DNA of 64,000 nt from an uncultured virus (IMG/VR IMGVR_UViG_3300010163_001408) (IMGVR_UViG_3300010163_001408); one strand, 5' to 3'. Positions 38,276 to 49,117 are shown, counted from the first letter of the stretch. Notes: generated from the sequence alone by a model not told the origin. Program-made: numbers and translations.

Positions 38276-39784
38276 ATGCAATCAAAAGAATTATTGGAAT
38301 TACAAACACAAAGAGGTGCCAAGATAGCAGCTGGTGGAGACCAGACAACAAAAACATTAGAATCAGTTATTAATGATTGTCGAAAGGCCATTGAGGAACA
38401 GTCAGATCAATATAGAAATTCTGATGCTGAAAGTAAGAAAAGTATCATTAAGAAAATAATCATTGACTTTGTTATGAATAATAAGCCATTGGTTAAAGGT
38501 TTTATAGATGGTGAAAATAAACCAGATACATTGAAACTTGTAGATAAGTTAGTTGAAGAGATAACTGACTATGGTATACTATCTGCTGCTATGGCAGATG
38601 AGGATGTATATGAGATTCGTTGTAATGGTAAAGAACTTAAAGTAGAGATAAAAGGACATGTACAAGATCTTTTAGACAAAGAAGGTAATATAGTTTCATT
38701 TGAGTCACCTGAACAGCAAGAGATTATTATGAGAAAGCTATTAGGTGATGTAAGACTTACACCTAAAGATGCATTAGTAAATGCAAGAACTATAGAAGGC
38801 TTTAGACTTGCAGCCATACACTGTAGTGCATTGGGCGATGACCCACTAGATCCTGTAGGTGACAAATATCATGCATTTGTACTTCGTAAGTTTAGAAAGA
38901 GTAAGATGAATCTGGATGAGATAGTCCAGTATGAAACGCTATCAGACAACATGGGTAGGTTGCTAAGCCTTTTCTGTTCAGGTGGGCTAACTTTTTTCAC
39001 GGTAGGTCCAACTGCATCAGGTAAGACAACTACAAACAATGCAATACTCCAATCTGTACCAAGTACCACACGTACAGTGTTAATCCAAAACCCTTCAGAA
39101 ATTGACTTAAGATTCAGATCTTCTGACGGTAGGATTTATAATGATGTCCTTCACTTAGAGGCTACTGAAAAAGAAAATCCAAGTCCGGCAGATGCAACTA
39201 TGAGTAATCTTATGGATCACACATTGAGACTTAGTCCAAATTTTGTATGCTTTGGAGAGGTTAGAAGTAACAAGGAGTTCAAACAGTGCATGAAAATTCT
39301 TCAGGCAGGTCATCCTGTTAATTCTACATTCCACGCAGAAAGTAGCCTAGGAGCCATAAAGAGATTCCAAACTGCATACCTAGCAGAATCTGGTAATGAA
39401 CCCTCACATCTGGCATTAAGTAGTATAGTAGACCTTGTAAATATGATTATAGTACAAAAGATAATGAGGGATGGATCACGTCGTATTATTCAGATTTCAG
39501 AAGTAGTGGGAGTAAACCCAGAGAATAGAGAAGAACCATTACTAAATGATTTGTATATATTTGATATTGACCAAGACCCTGAATACGATGAAGCAGGTAA
39601 TGTAAAGAAGATTCATGGTACACATAAAAGGGTAGGAAGGCTTTCAGAAAGAACAATAAGAAAGTTTAACCTTGAGGGTGTTGCAAAGAGCAGGTATGAC
39701 TTCATTGATAAAGAGGTAAGTGCAGCTGAAGTAGAAACCTATACAGGTAGAGATATAGATAGATACGGAATGCCAAAGCACTAG
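38276..39784 (+). CDS. tadA: TadA/CpaF secretion ATPase
   Basis: LRKF, GPTASGKTT (Walker A), LRLSP...GEVRS, GH...STFHA, DGSRRI..ISEV. Confidence 0.9.
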   Translation: MQSKELLELQTQRGAKIAAGGDQTTKTLESVINDCRKAIEEQSDQYRNSDAESKKSIIKKIIIDFVMNNKPLVKGFIDGENKPDTLKLVDKLVEEITDYGILSAAMADEDVYEIRCNGKELKVEIKGHVQDLLDKEGNIVSFESPEQQEIIMRKLLGDVRLTPKDALVNARTIEGFRLAAIHCSALGDDPLDPVGDKYHAFVLRKFRKSKMNLDEIVQYETLSDNMGRLLSLFCSGGLTFFTVGPTASGKTTTNNAILQSVPSTTRTVLIQNPSEIDLRFRSSDGRIYNDVLHLEATEKENPSPADATMSNLMDHTLRLSPNFVCFGEVRSNKEFKQCMKILQAGHPVNSTFHAESSLGAIKRFQTAYLAESGNEPSHLALSSIVDLVNMIIVQKIMRDGSRRIIQISEVVGVNPENREEPLLNDLYIFDIDQDPEYDEAGNVKKIHGTHKRVGRLSERTIRKFNLEGVAKSRYDFIDKEVSAAEVETYTGRDIDRYGMPKH

Positions 39785-39811
39785 AAACATACATTAAAAA
39801 GAAGGCTTAAC

Positions 39812-41431
39812 ATGGCAAAAAGAGAAGATTTAACAGGCAATATATATGGTTGCTGGAAGGTATTAGGACCAGCAGAGGATTATAAGTGGGAATGTGAATG
39901 TCAGTGTCCTCTACATACACGTAGAGCAGTTCTTGCATCCTCATTAAAAAGAGGTATATCACAATCATGTGGTAATAGAAAGTATCATCCTAAATCAGAA
40001 GTGAATGCAAGAGAAAAGAAAACACCAGAGGAATTAAAAGTAAAACACTGGAGTGAAGAAGCAAAACAGAACAGAGCCAACAAGGTGAATACTTATGCAA
40101 TTGGTAACTGTTTTGGAGATTGGGAAATCATAGAGAAAATAGACGTAAGACATTATAAATGTAAGTGTAAAAAGTGTAGTACACTAAAGACACTAACAAC
40201 ATCTGGTTTATGGAATGCCAGAAAGAATAATTTCCAGTGTAATCATAATATATTAACGGGACAATTCTTTGGTAAGTTAGAAGTGCTTGAGGAAAAAGGA
40301 TATGATACTTGTATATGTAAATGTCACAATTGCAATAAGATAGTAGAAGTACTAAGAAGCAATTTAATGCTAGGACACTATATATCCTGTGGATGTGTTA
40401 GAAATGAATCTAAGTATTCAAAAGAAGAAATAGAGGCGGCAATAGTAAATTACAAGATAACACATAATAATGATAAGCCACAGCCATTTGAAATAGCTAA
40501 GATGCTTAACCTTGGTATGACGTCAACATATAAAAGCATTTATAAATATGATATAAAAGACCAATTTGATGTAAATTCAAGCAGGGCAGAAAAAGATATA
40601 GCACTTTTATTTGAGGATATACCAAATGTAAAACGGCAAGACAGAAGTATAATAGAGCATTACGAGTTAGATATTTATTTACCAGATTATAGGTTGGCAA
40701 TAGAGTACAACGGAAACTATTGGCACTCAGAATTAAAAAAGAAAGATGCAAAGTATCATCAAGCTAAAACATTAGCAGCATTAGATAAAAATATAAGACT
40801 TATTCACATATTTGAATATGAGTGGATAAAAAAGAAAGATTTAATTACAAGGTATTTATTGAGTTTAGTCAATAAAAAAGAAGTATTTCATGCCAGAAAA
40901 TTAAATATACAAGAAGTGAGTATTAGTAAAGTAAATGAGTTTTATGAGAAGAATCATTTACAAGGAAAAGCTTATAGCAGCAAAGTAAATATAGTATTAA
41001 CAAATGAAAATAATGAGATAATATCAGCTATATCTTTAGGAACTCCAAGATTTGATAAACAGCATCAGTGGGAAATAATAAGATACTGTGTAAAAATTGG
41101 GACTGCAATAAGTGGTGGAATAGAGAGATTATATAAATACTTTGAAAATAAATATAATCCAACTAGTGTAGTAACATATGCAGATGCATCTAAGTTTACA
41201 GGCGAAGTATATAAGAAGATTGGCTTTGAATTTAAAGAAATTACAACACCTAATTATATATGGGCAAACTCTAGCTATGAATGTTTACCAAGATATAAGA
41301 CTCAAAAGCATAAGTTAATAGAAATGGGACTAGGAACACCAGATCAGACAGAGATAGAGATAATGACAGGCTTAGGGTATTACAGAGTTTTTGATTGTGG
41401 TAGTTTTAAGTTTGTAAAAAACAATAATTAA
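39812..41431 (+). CDS. Freestanding homing-endonuclease-like protein 2
   Basis: Same architecture: Cys repeats, ELDIYLPDYRLAIEYNGNYWHS, NHLQG...GTPRF C-terminal domain. Confidence 0.75.
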   Translation: MAKREDLTGNIYGCWKVLGPAEDYKWECECQCPLHTRRAVLASSLKRGISQSCGNRKYHPKSEVNAREKKTPEELKVKHWSEEAKQNRANKVNTYAIGNCFGDWEIIEKIDVRHYKCKCKKCSTLKTLTTSGLWNARKNNFQCNHNILTGQFFGKLEVLEEKGYDTCICKCHNCNKIVEVLRSNLMLGHYISCGCVRNESKYSKEEIEAAIVNYKITHNNDKPQPFEIAKMLNLGMTSTYKSIYKYDIKDQFDVNSSRAEKDIALLFEDIPNVKRQDRSIIEHYELDIYLPDYRLAIEYNGNYWHSELKKKDAKYHQAKTLAALDKNIRLIHIFEYEWIKKKDLITRYLLSLVNKKEVFHARKLNIQEVSISKVNEFYEKNHLQGKAYSSKVNIVLTNENNEIISAISLGTPRFDKQHQWEIIRYCVKIGTAISGGIERLYKYFENKYNPTSVVTYADASKFTGEVYKKIGFEFKEITTPNYIWANSSYECLPRYKTQKHKLIEMGLGTPDQTEIEIMTGLGYYRVFDCGSFKFVKNNN

Positions 41432-41445
41432 GGAGACAGGTTAAC

Positions 41446-42456
41446 ATGAAATTATTTGGAGACTCAAGTATATTTACACCATTACAAACAGTAGAAGGAG
41501 CAGTAAATCTGACAATAATATGCTTAGTAGTATTAGCATTATTGGTACTGTCAGTCATTTTAAAACTACCTATTATACAAGTAGTTCACAAGTTTGTAAA
41601 CTGGATAATGAAAAAGGTAGGAAAGATAATCAATAAGAAGGAAAAAGCTTACCATAGGGATTTAGAGATTGGTAAAATTGATAAGAAAAGAACAACTTAT
41701 AAATTGTATAATTTTTTAAGTGAATTAGTAATAGATTTAGGAATGTCACACTCAGGAATAACACCATACGAATTATTAACAATTACTACATTCATAGTGT
41801 TGTTAGTAACAGCAATAATATGTCAATTGTTATTCAGTAATGTATTTATGACAATATTCATGGGACCTATAGCTGTAGTAGGTGTATTCTGTGTAATGTA
41901 TACAAGAGCAAATATAGCACATGATACACGTATTGAATCTGTAATTGAAGCAGAAAATATTTTATGTAATAACATTAAAGCAGGTGTACTTGTAGCAGTA
42001 AGAGATAGTTTAGATGTACTACCTAAGACAGTAAGACAAGATTTTAAAACCTTTGTTGATAATGTAGAGCAGAAGAATTATCATATTAAGACAGCATTAA
42101 TGGAGTTGAATATTGCTTTAGGAAGTATAGCAGATGACTTTATTAAAAAGTGTATAGTATTTGAACTAGAAGAGGAACATGGTATTGCAGGTATGTTTGC
42201 TGATATAGTAGAGATAAATAACATAAATATGGAAATGCGTACCAACATGAAAAGAAAATTTGAAGAAGTTAAAACATCATTTATCATTGGAGCAAGCATG
42301 ATATTCCTTTTCCTTGGTGGTGTTATAGCAATATTCCCAGATGTAAGAGACTTTTATTTTACAACAGGTATGGGACAGATAGTATTGGCAATAGACGTAT
42401 TAATCTTAGTACTTGAGTTTGTGTACATCACATATTTAAGGGCACAAGAGTTATAA
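41446..42456 (+). CDS. tadB: TadB-like inner-membrane platform protein
   Basis: TM pattern of T2SS-F/TadB proteins; position after tadA. Confidence 0.65.
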   Translation: MKLFGDSSIFTPLQTVEGAVNLTIICLVVLALLVLSVILKLPIIQVVHKFVNWIMKKVGKIINKKEKAYHRDLEIGKIDKKRTTYKLYNFLSELVIDLGMSHSGITPYELLTITTFIVLLVTAIICQLLFSNVFMTIFMGPIAVVGVFCVMYTRANIAHDTRIESVIEAENILCNNIKAGVLVAVRDSLDVLPKTVRQDFKTFVDNVEQKNYHIKTALMELNIALGSIADDFIKKCIVFELEEEHGIAGMFADIVEINNINMEMRTNMKRKFEEVKTSFIIGASMIFLFLGGVIAIFPDVRDFYFTTGMGQIVLAIDVLILVLEFVYITYLRAQEL

Positions 42457-42506
42457 TAAAAAATTACACAGCAGAAATTTGAGTTTAAGAGGGCTTTATA
42501 AAAAAT

Positions 42507-44480
42507 ATGAGAAACACAGAAAGCATAATAGGAGAACAATTCAACGAGTGGACAGTATTAAAAGACTTAGGCAATGGAAAACTAGAATGTCAATGTTCAT
42601 GTAATAATATAAAGATACTTAATAAATATTCAGTACTGCATGGAAAAACAAAAAGTTGTGGATGTTTAAGAAAGTTCAAGCCACTTAAAGGTCAGAAATT
42701 TAATCATTGGACAGTAATTGAAGACATAGATAAAGATTATGCTTTATGTGAATGTGATTGTGAAGAACATACAATAAGAAAAGTACAAAAAGGGCATCTA
42801 AAGAATGGTACATCAAAATCCTGTGGATGTAATAATAAGAGGTCATTAGAAAATCTTGTAGGACAAAAATTCAATTATCTAACAGTCATAAAAGAATTAG
42901 GTGACGGTAAGGTAGAAGTAGAATGTGAATGTCATAATACTAAGATAGTTGAAAAATATGCAGTTAAAAATGGAATAATCAAGTCATGTGGTTGCAAATC
43001 AAGAGAACTAAAAGCAGCAACTACAATCAATAAAATAAACGAGACTTATAACGATTGGACAATAATAGAAGAACTAGGACATGGAAAAGTAAAAGCAAGA
43101 TGCTCATGTAATAACATCTGTATTTTGCAAAAAGCAAGTATTCTAAATGGCACATCAAAATCATGTGGTCATAACACAAACATGTTTGTTGACTTAACAG
43201 GAAAAATAATTAACAATTGGGAAGTTATAGAAGAACTTGGGTATGGAAAAGTAAAATGCAGATGCTTATGCAAAAAACATACAATACAAATATTACAAAA
43301 AGCAGCTGTAGTTAAAGGCACATCTAAATCATGTGGTTGCCAAAAAACAGCACTAATGCAGAATACACTTATTGAGAAGTATGGAGATATTACAGCAAAT
43401 AGAATAGATAATCCAAGAGAGCCATGGCAGATACAGGTGGTTATAAATAAAGAAAATTTTGAGAAATATCTAAAAACTTTTGCAACAAAACCTACAATAA
43501 AACAATTAGTAGACAAACTAGATATATGTGAAGCACAGGTGGGTAGGCTAATAATTAAATATGGATTAGGATCACATATAAATTATTCACCTAGTCATTC
43601 CTATTATGAGGATGAACTATTAAAATATATAGAATGCATTTATAATGGTAAAATAGAACATAATAATAGACACATAATATCACCATATGAATTAGACATA
43701 TGTATTCCAGATAAGAAAATAGCAATAGAGTTTAACGGAGACTTTTGGCATTCATCATTATATAAAAGTAAGAATTACCATCAACAAAAAACAATAGCTT
43801 GTGCTAAAAAAGGAATACACCTCATTCATGTATTTGAGCACGAATGGATAGATAAAGAAGTGCAGAAAAAGTTGAAGTCTTATTTAAATATGTTGTTAAC
43901 AGATAATAAGGAAGTAGTCTTTGGAAGAAATACTACGGCATCAGAGATAACTAACACAGAGGCAAACGAATTTTGTAACAAGTATCATTTACAAGGTTCA
44001 ATAAATTCTAGGATAAATATAGGTATACTTAATAAAAATAAAGAATTGCTTGGAGTAATGACATTTGGTGTTCCAAGATTTAATAATAATAACTATGAAT
44101 ATGAAATATACAGGATGTGTTTTAAAGATAATACAATAGTAATAGGTGGAGTACAAAAAATATTTAAGTATTTTATAAATAAATATACACCAAAATCAGT
44201 ATTAACATATGTAGATATCACTAAGTTTACTGGTAATTCATATTTGGACTTAGGATTCAAACCAATTACAGGGAAAGCAATAACAGATCCTAATTATGTA
44301 TGGATATCACTCAATGGCAGATTTGAAGTATTATCAAGATATCAAACACAAAAACAAAAGCTAATTGAAGCTGGTTTAGGTACATCAGAACAAACTGAAG
44401 TAGACATAATGGAATCATTAAACTTTATACAAGTTTTTGATAGTGGAAACCTAAAGTTAGAGTGGATAGATAAAAAATAA
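42507..44480 (+). CDS. Freestanding homing-endonuclease-like protein 3
   Basis: Five Cys repeats ending KSCG(C/H); ELDICIPDKKIAIEFNGDFWHS; same C-terminal domain. Confidence 0.75.
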   Translation: MRNTESIIGEQFNEWTVLKDLGNGKLECQCSCNNIKILNKYSVLHGKTKSCGCLRKFKPLKGQKFNHWTVIEDIDKDYALCECDCEEHTIRKVQKGHLKNGTSKSCGCNNKRSLENLVGQKFNYLTVIKELGDGKVEVECECHNTKIVEKYAVKNGIIKSCGCKSRELKAATTINKINETYNDWTIIEELGHGKVKARCSCNNICILQKASILNGTSKSCGHNTNMFVDLTGKIINNWEVIEELGYGKVKCRCLCKKHTIQILQKAAVVKGTSKSCGCQKTALMQNTLIEKYGDITANRIDNPREPWQIQVVINKENFEKYLKTFATKPTIKQLVDKLDICEAQVGRLIIKYGLGSHINYSPSHSYYEDELLKYIECIYNGKIEHNNRHIISPYELDICIPDKKIAIEFNGDFWHSSLYKSKNYHQQKTIACAKKGIHLIHVFEHEWIDKEVQKKLKSYLNMLLTDNKEVVFGRNTTASEITNTEANEFCNKYHLQGSINSRINIGILNKNKELLGVMTFGVPRFNNNNYEYEIYRMCFKDNTIVIGGVQKIFKYFINKYTPKSVLTYVDITKFTGNSYLDLGFKPITGKAITDPNYVWISLNGRFEVLSRYQTQKQKLIEAGLGTSEQTEVDIMESLNFIQVFDSGNLKLEWIDKK

Positions 44481-44492
44481 TTAAGAAAGGAC

Positions 44493-45551
44493 ATGAGAAT
44501 TATGAACACACATAACGCAGGTGGTGGAGAGATCCTACAATATTGGAATCAAAACAATGGTAATAATGGACCAACCTATCTGAACCAAGAATTAATAAAA
44601 CAATTTATGATGTTGCCAGTGGTGAGGGTACTAGTAATAATATTAGTATTAACACTAGCAATTTTAGTAGTTTTAAGGTTGTTACAGGTTCGTTCACCAT
44701 TCAAGGGTAGAGCACTCACAAGTGAATTAGATCACTTAAGCAAAGTTAAGAAGCATGATGACTCAATAATTAGAGCCAATAATATGATAAATTCAATAAC
44801 TAAATTGGTTGAACATTCACCATTTATGTTGAATAAGTCATATACTGAATATTGGTCATACAACCTTACAAGAGCAAATATAAGAATACCAGGTGGTTTC
44901 AGACTAATGAGACCAGAAGAATTTAATGCTTTGATTGTAGCAGGTGAAGTGATCATATCGCTGTTTGGTTTAATTATAGCAGTACTGTTAAGTGTACCAT
45001 TTGGAAGTATGTTGATTATACTATCATTTGTAGTGGGTTCAACAGTACCAATGCAGGTAGTACGTGGAGTAGTAAAAGAGAAAGACGGTGAGATAGTTGC
45101 AAACTTCGCAGACTTCTACCTTATGATCCACTATGTATTATTAGCAAGTGCTGGTACACCTATAGAAGGTATCATGAAAAGTTATGATAAGACCACTAAT
45201 AGTGAAGAAATGCATAGGTTTGTAGATGTTTGTGTTCACTACATAGACACCTACGGAGAATATGAAGCAACAAGGTATATTGCTAAACAGTACAGAGAAA
45301 TTCCTGAAGTAGGTAAGCTAATGAGACTTATCAGACAAGCAAATGAGGGAGGTGACGTAAGAGCAGAACTTGTAGGCTTTAGAAATGAACTGTTAGCGGC
45401 TAAGAAATATGCAATAGAAAAAAGAATGAACAAATTAGTTATGAAAGCAAATGCTTCATTCAATATATTGATTCCAATTTTGATTCAAGCAATCATCAGC
45501 GCAATGGCAATATACTTCGACGATATATCTTCTGCTGGAACATTATTCTAA
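44493..45551 (+). CDS. tadC: TadC-like inner-membrane platform protein
   Basis: TM pattern, LIRQANEGGDV, C-terminal TM; follows tadB. Confidence 0.65.
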   Translation: MRIMNTHNAGGGEILQYWNQNNGNNGPTYLNQELIKQFMMLPVVRVLVIILVLTLAILVVLRLLQVRSPFKGRALTSELDHLSKVKKHDDSIIRANNMINSITKLVEHSPFMLNKSYTEYWSYNLTRANIRIPGGFRLMRPEEFNALIVAGEVIISLFGLIIAVLLSVPFGSMLIILSFVVGSTVPMQVVRGVVKEKDGEIVANFADFYLMIHYVLLASAGTPIEGIMKSYDKTTNSEEMHRFVDVCVHYIDTYGEYEATRYIAKQYREIPEVGKLMRLIRQANEGGDVRAELVGFRNELLAAKKYAIEKRMNKLVMKANASFNILIPILIQAIISAMAIYFDDISSAGTLF

Positions 45552-45623
45552 AGATGCATAGCAATAGGCATTAATTATAAATGAAGAAAATTTTTAAATT
45601 TTTATTAAAGGGAGGCTACTTAA

Positions 45624-45890
45624 ATGAGCGTCAAGAAAATCTTTATAATCCTTGTTACAATCGTTGTATGTATCATCCTTGGTGCATTCGTACTTAATGT
45701 AATCATGCCAAACACTGTAGCAGCTGTAGTAAATGCAGTTGAAGATAGTATTTACAGTGCAACTGGCTTATCACTAGATGTAAATGGTGATGGCAGAGGC
45801 GGCGGAAAACTGGGAACAACATACGGCGGTAATGTAACAGATGACGATAACTCAGCTACAGGTGGTGCAGGCGTAACTGGTTATAAGTAA
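45624..45890 (+). CDS. Flp-like major pilin candidate
   Basis: 88 aa, single N-terminal hydrophobic helix, Gly-rich tail, strong RBS, hairpin directly downstream. Confidence 0.55.
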   Translation: MSVKKIFIILVTIVVCIILGAFVLNVIMPNTVAAVVNAVEDSIYSATGLSLDVNGDGRGGGKLGTTYGGNVTDDDNSATGGAGVTGYK

Positions 45891-45917
45891 ATCGTCAATA
45901 AAACAAAGAAGTACAAA

Positions 45918-45953
45918 AATGGGCTAACTACATTAGGTGGTTAGCCTATTTTT
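45918..45953 (+). terminator. Rho-independent terminator after the pilin candidate
   Basis: AATGGGCTAACTAC / GTGGTTAGCCTATT plus T run. Confidence 0.75.
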
Positions 45954-46052
45954 ATTAATAGGGTATCAATAAAATTTAAAATTTAACCAGTTTTTAGGCT
46001 GTATAATTATTAAGGGAATAATTATTAAAATTTTTAGGGAGAGTGAAAAATT

Positions 46053-46691
46053 ATGACTGATTCAGTTAAGTTTATATTTAAAACATTAATAAAGGTTCCA
46101 ATCTTTATACTTGTAGCCTTCTTTATTCTTAATATATTCTCATTCTTTTTTATATACTTTAGAATGTTAGGTATATCATATGTAGTAATGCAAACAGCAG
46201 TAGAAAATAACTATTTACCTAGAACTGAAACAACATCAATATTGGAGTATATAAATAGTACTGGTGACATATCTATGGTGCAGGATATTGGGCTTGTAAT
46301 TGGTGTAGATGATGGAAAAGTTGATCATGCACCAACATATAACACAACTAGTCCTCAATCAGTTGAACAAGATGGATATAATTACTTCTATATAAGAGAT
46401 ATAGATCAAGCATCAGGTGGTGCATTACAACGTCACCAATACGGAAACAGTATAGTATGTGGAGTTTATTGTGAATATAAAATAATTTGGCCATTAGACT
46501 ATAGATATACAGGTGATAGAGATGCAATTGTAAATGGTACTGGTCAATATACATACAATGATGTAGTAGGATATGACGGAACAGCAGGAGCACCTAAAGA
46601 AAGTTACTTATCAGCATGGGCTAAGTTACCAATACTTATTACTTATGAAGTACCAGGTTTAAAATACTATCCAGACCTTGAGATATATTAA
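46053..46691 (+). CDS. TadE-like minor pilin candidate
   Basis: N-terminal SVKFIFKTL plus hydrophobic helix; tad context. Confidence 0.5.
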   Translation: MTDSVKFIFKTLIKVPIFILVAFFILNIFSFFFIYFRMLGISYVVMQTAVENNYLPRTETTSILEYINSTGDISMVQDIGLVIGVDDGKVDHAPTYNTTSPQSVEQDGYNYFYIRDIDQASGGALQRHQYGNSIVCGVYCEYKIIWPLDYRYTGDRDAIVNGTGQYTYNDVVGYDGTAGAPKESYLSAWAKLPILITYEVPGLKYYPDLEIY

Positions 46692-46714
46692 AATAAGAAG
46701 GTGGAAAAATTACT

Positions 46715-47953
46715 ATGTCAGTTAAAACAATATTTAAAACATTAATTGGTACAATAGCAATTATAATAATATCATCCGTAGTAATAGAGTTTTTTAATGT
46801 GAATGTGACTAGTGCATTATTAAGTCAGTATACAAGATTAGCTGTTAAGCAGTCATGTGTATTGTTCTCACAAGAAACATATAGAAATAGTGACCCAATG
46901 ACAGGATATACTGGTGCAGTTAATCAAAAAGAAATACTAGCAGAAGATGATACAGTTTATTCAACATACAATAACGGTAGTGGTTCAGTCCTTAGCATGA
47001 ATAATTTCTACATAGGAAACAACGAATCAGAAATATGGGATAGCATTTATATAAACAATCAAGAGTTTAAAGATGGTATAAATGAAATAAGTTCAGAGAT
47101 AATGGCACAATCACTAAATAACTATAGCAATAGGATATCAGCTAATCAAGATGAGCAAATAGCAGCAAGAGTACCAGAGTTAGCATCATTAAAATTAATG
47201 GCAAATGCATCAAGCAGTTCCATAAGTAGCATATCATTACCAACTATATCAGGTAATTGGTGGGAATTAGAAGAATCAGACAAAAGACTAATAAATTACA
47301 ACACAGCAACTAGAGCAAGAACTTATCTGACAAATAGATATACACCAATAAATGTAGGTATACCATATATGGATAAGACAGTAACAACTAAAATGTTACA
47401 GTGGCATTTAACAGAGTTATTAGCAAATAATAACAAGGGTGCAATAAACAGATCAGAGGGTGCTCCAGTTGGAGGAACAGGAGTTTATGATTACTATGTA
47501 AACTTTAGAGGCTTTGCAGTTTACACAAGAGGAGCACAAATAACAAATTATATTTATCATATTTGTGACTTGGATACAGCAGAGGGAAGAATAAAGTTAC
47601 AAAATTTAACAGGTATGCAAGCAGATGGTTATGGAACAGGTCAAGGTTTAAAGTATAAACATGTAGATATAGGAAGTAGTCCAGCACATGAAGCAATAAG
47701 CAATAACTTAGTATTTGTAGTAGAAGTTGAATATGAAGTGCCAGTTACCTATTTAGGAATTACACCATTAAAAAATATATTTAACTATGTGTTTAATGAT
47801 GGATCAGGGCAAACAAGAGCAGTAGGTTTAGATGGTTCAGCAGGAAGTCTACCATCAGAAACATATGATACATCAGCAGTAATGTTAACAAATAACTTAA
47901 ACCCAGATGCTAAATTAGCAACAGGAAAGGTTTACTACACATTAGTAAGATAA
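46715..47953 (+). CDS. Large minor pilin/adhesin candidate (TadG-like position)
   Basis: N-terminal SVKTIFKTL plus hydrophobic helix; large exported domain. Confidence 0.5.
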   Translation: MSVKTIFKTLIGTIAIIIISSVVIEFFNVNVTSALLSQYTRLAVKQSCVLFSQETYRNSDPMTGYTGAVNQKEILAEDDTVYSTYNNGSGSVLSMNNFYIGNNESEIWDSIYINNQEFKDGINEISSEIMAQSLNNYSNRISANQDEQIAARVPELASLKLMANASSSSISSISLPTISGNWWELEESDKRLINYNTATRARTYLTNRYTPINVGIPYMDKTVTTKMLQWHLTELLANNNKGAINRSEGAPVGGTGVYDYYVNFRGFAVYTRGAQITNYIYHICDLDTAEGRIKLQNLTGMQADGYGTGQGLKYKHVDIGSSPAHEAISNNLVFVVEVEYEVPVTYLGITPLKNIFNYVFNDGSGQTRAVGLDGSAGSLPSETYDTSAVMLTNNLNPDAKLATGKVYYTLVR

Positions 47954-47971
47954 GCAAGAGAGGTAAAAAGA

Positions 47972-49093
47972 ATGAGAAAAGACATAGTAACTGATGAATT
48001 AAATGATTTTGATATTGACTTTGACAGTGATAATTCAATAGATGTCATTGATAGCGGAGATGTAGTATTAGATGATATAGACATAGATCTTATGGATGAT
48101 ACAACAAACACCATAAACAAAGATAGCAGTTTAGACATGACAGTAGAAAAGATAGCAAATACAATAGAAGATGAAGCAGATGAAGATGATGACATGGAAA
48201 TAGATTTTGGTGACGAGCCAGTTCAAATTCATCAAATTCAGTCAGAGCCAGAGCAGATGATGACATCAGAACCAGTAGAGATACAGAAACAGGCAGAGAT
48301 AGAAGTTGGACAGACAAAGGAGCAGGCACAAACAAAGGCTGAACAAGAACAGACAGAGATTAACCAGGAACAGACAAAACAAGTAGAAGATTTACAACAA
48401 TCAAAAAAGCACTTCTCTAAGGTAAAACATCACAACGTAAGTATAAGTAAGCCACAAACATCCAATAAAGCAGTAATAGACGATGATAACGAGAGGTCAC
48501 AAGATAAAGATAATTATATACTTTATTTAATAGCTGATAAAACATTCCCTGGAATGCTAAGTTACTTCAGATATTACGGTCTAAAAGTAACAAAAATCTT
48601 CAGCAATATTGAAGAAGCTAAAGATACTTTGTTAATGCAGATTGAACCATGTAAGATAGTAGTAGTAGATAGTGGAACAGGAAAATTTACAAGTATATCA
48701 GCAAGGCGTTCTTTAATAGACTTATTAAGTATTAGTGATGAAACAAATAAAGTATCTGTATTCTACACTGATAGTATTATTAGATCAGAGGCTAAAAATG
48801 AAATAAGCATAGAAGAAAAAGATATAACATGGCATAAATATAGATCAACAGCGGACGTGTTAGCAAATCTACTTCAAAATTTAATTAAAGAGCATTATGT
48901 TTATGATATAAAGGATGCTGAAGAAGTAGACAAGTCAGAAGAATTATTAACATTCCAAGGAGCATCATTTAAACATGTCGAACCAATGAAAATAGGATTA
49001 CCAAGTTTAAAGTTGTTTGAGATATTGCAACATGAAAGTGATAATGCAGCTGGGGCAGAAGGGGAATTACCTGGTTACAAAATTAAAATCTAA
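47972..49093 (+). CDS. Hypothetical protein with acidic/Gln-rich N-terminus and globular C-terminal domain
   Basis: 373-aa ORF with RBS GAGG. Confidence 0.7.
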   Translation: MRKDIVTDELNDFDIDFDSDNSIDVIDSGDVVLDDIDIDLMDDTTNTINKDSSLDMTVEKIANTIEDEADEDDDMEIDFGDEPVQIHQIQSEPEQMMTSEPVEIQKQAEIEVGQTKEQAQTKAEQEQTEINQEQTKQVEDLQQSKKHFSKVKHHNVSISKPQTSNKAVIDDDNERSQDKDNYILYLIADKTFPGMLSYFRYYGLKVTKIFSNIEEAKDTLLMQIEPCKIVVVDSGTGKFTSISARRSLIDLLSISDETNKVSVFYTDSIIRSEAKNEISIEEKDITWHKYRSTADVLANLLQNLIKEHYVYDIKDAEEVDKSEELLTFQGASFKHVEPMKIGLPSLKLFEILQHESDNAAGAEGELPGYKIKI

Positions 49094-49117
49094 TAATATA
49101 TTATGGATAAAGCAGGG

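Noticed and set aside
36614..44480. Group I introns or inteins carrying the endonucleases
   Set aside because: The flanking tad genes appear complete with their own starts and stops, and the intergenic gaps are too short for intron cores.
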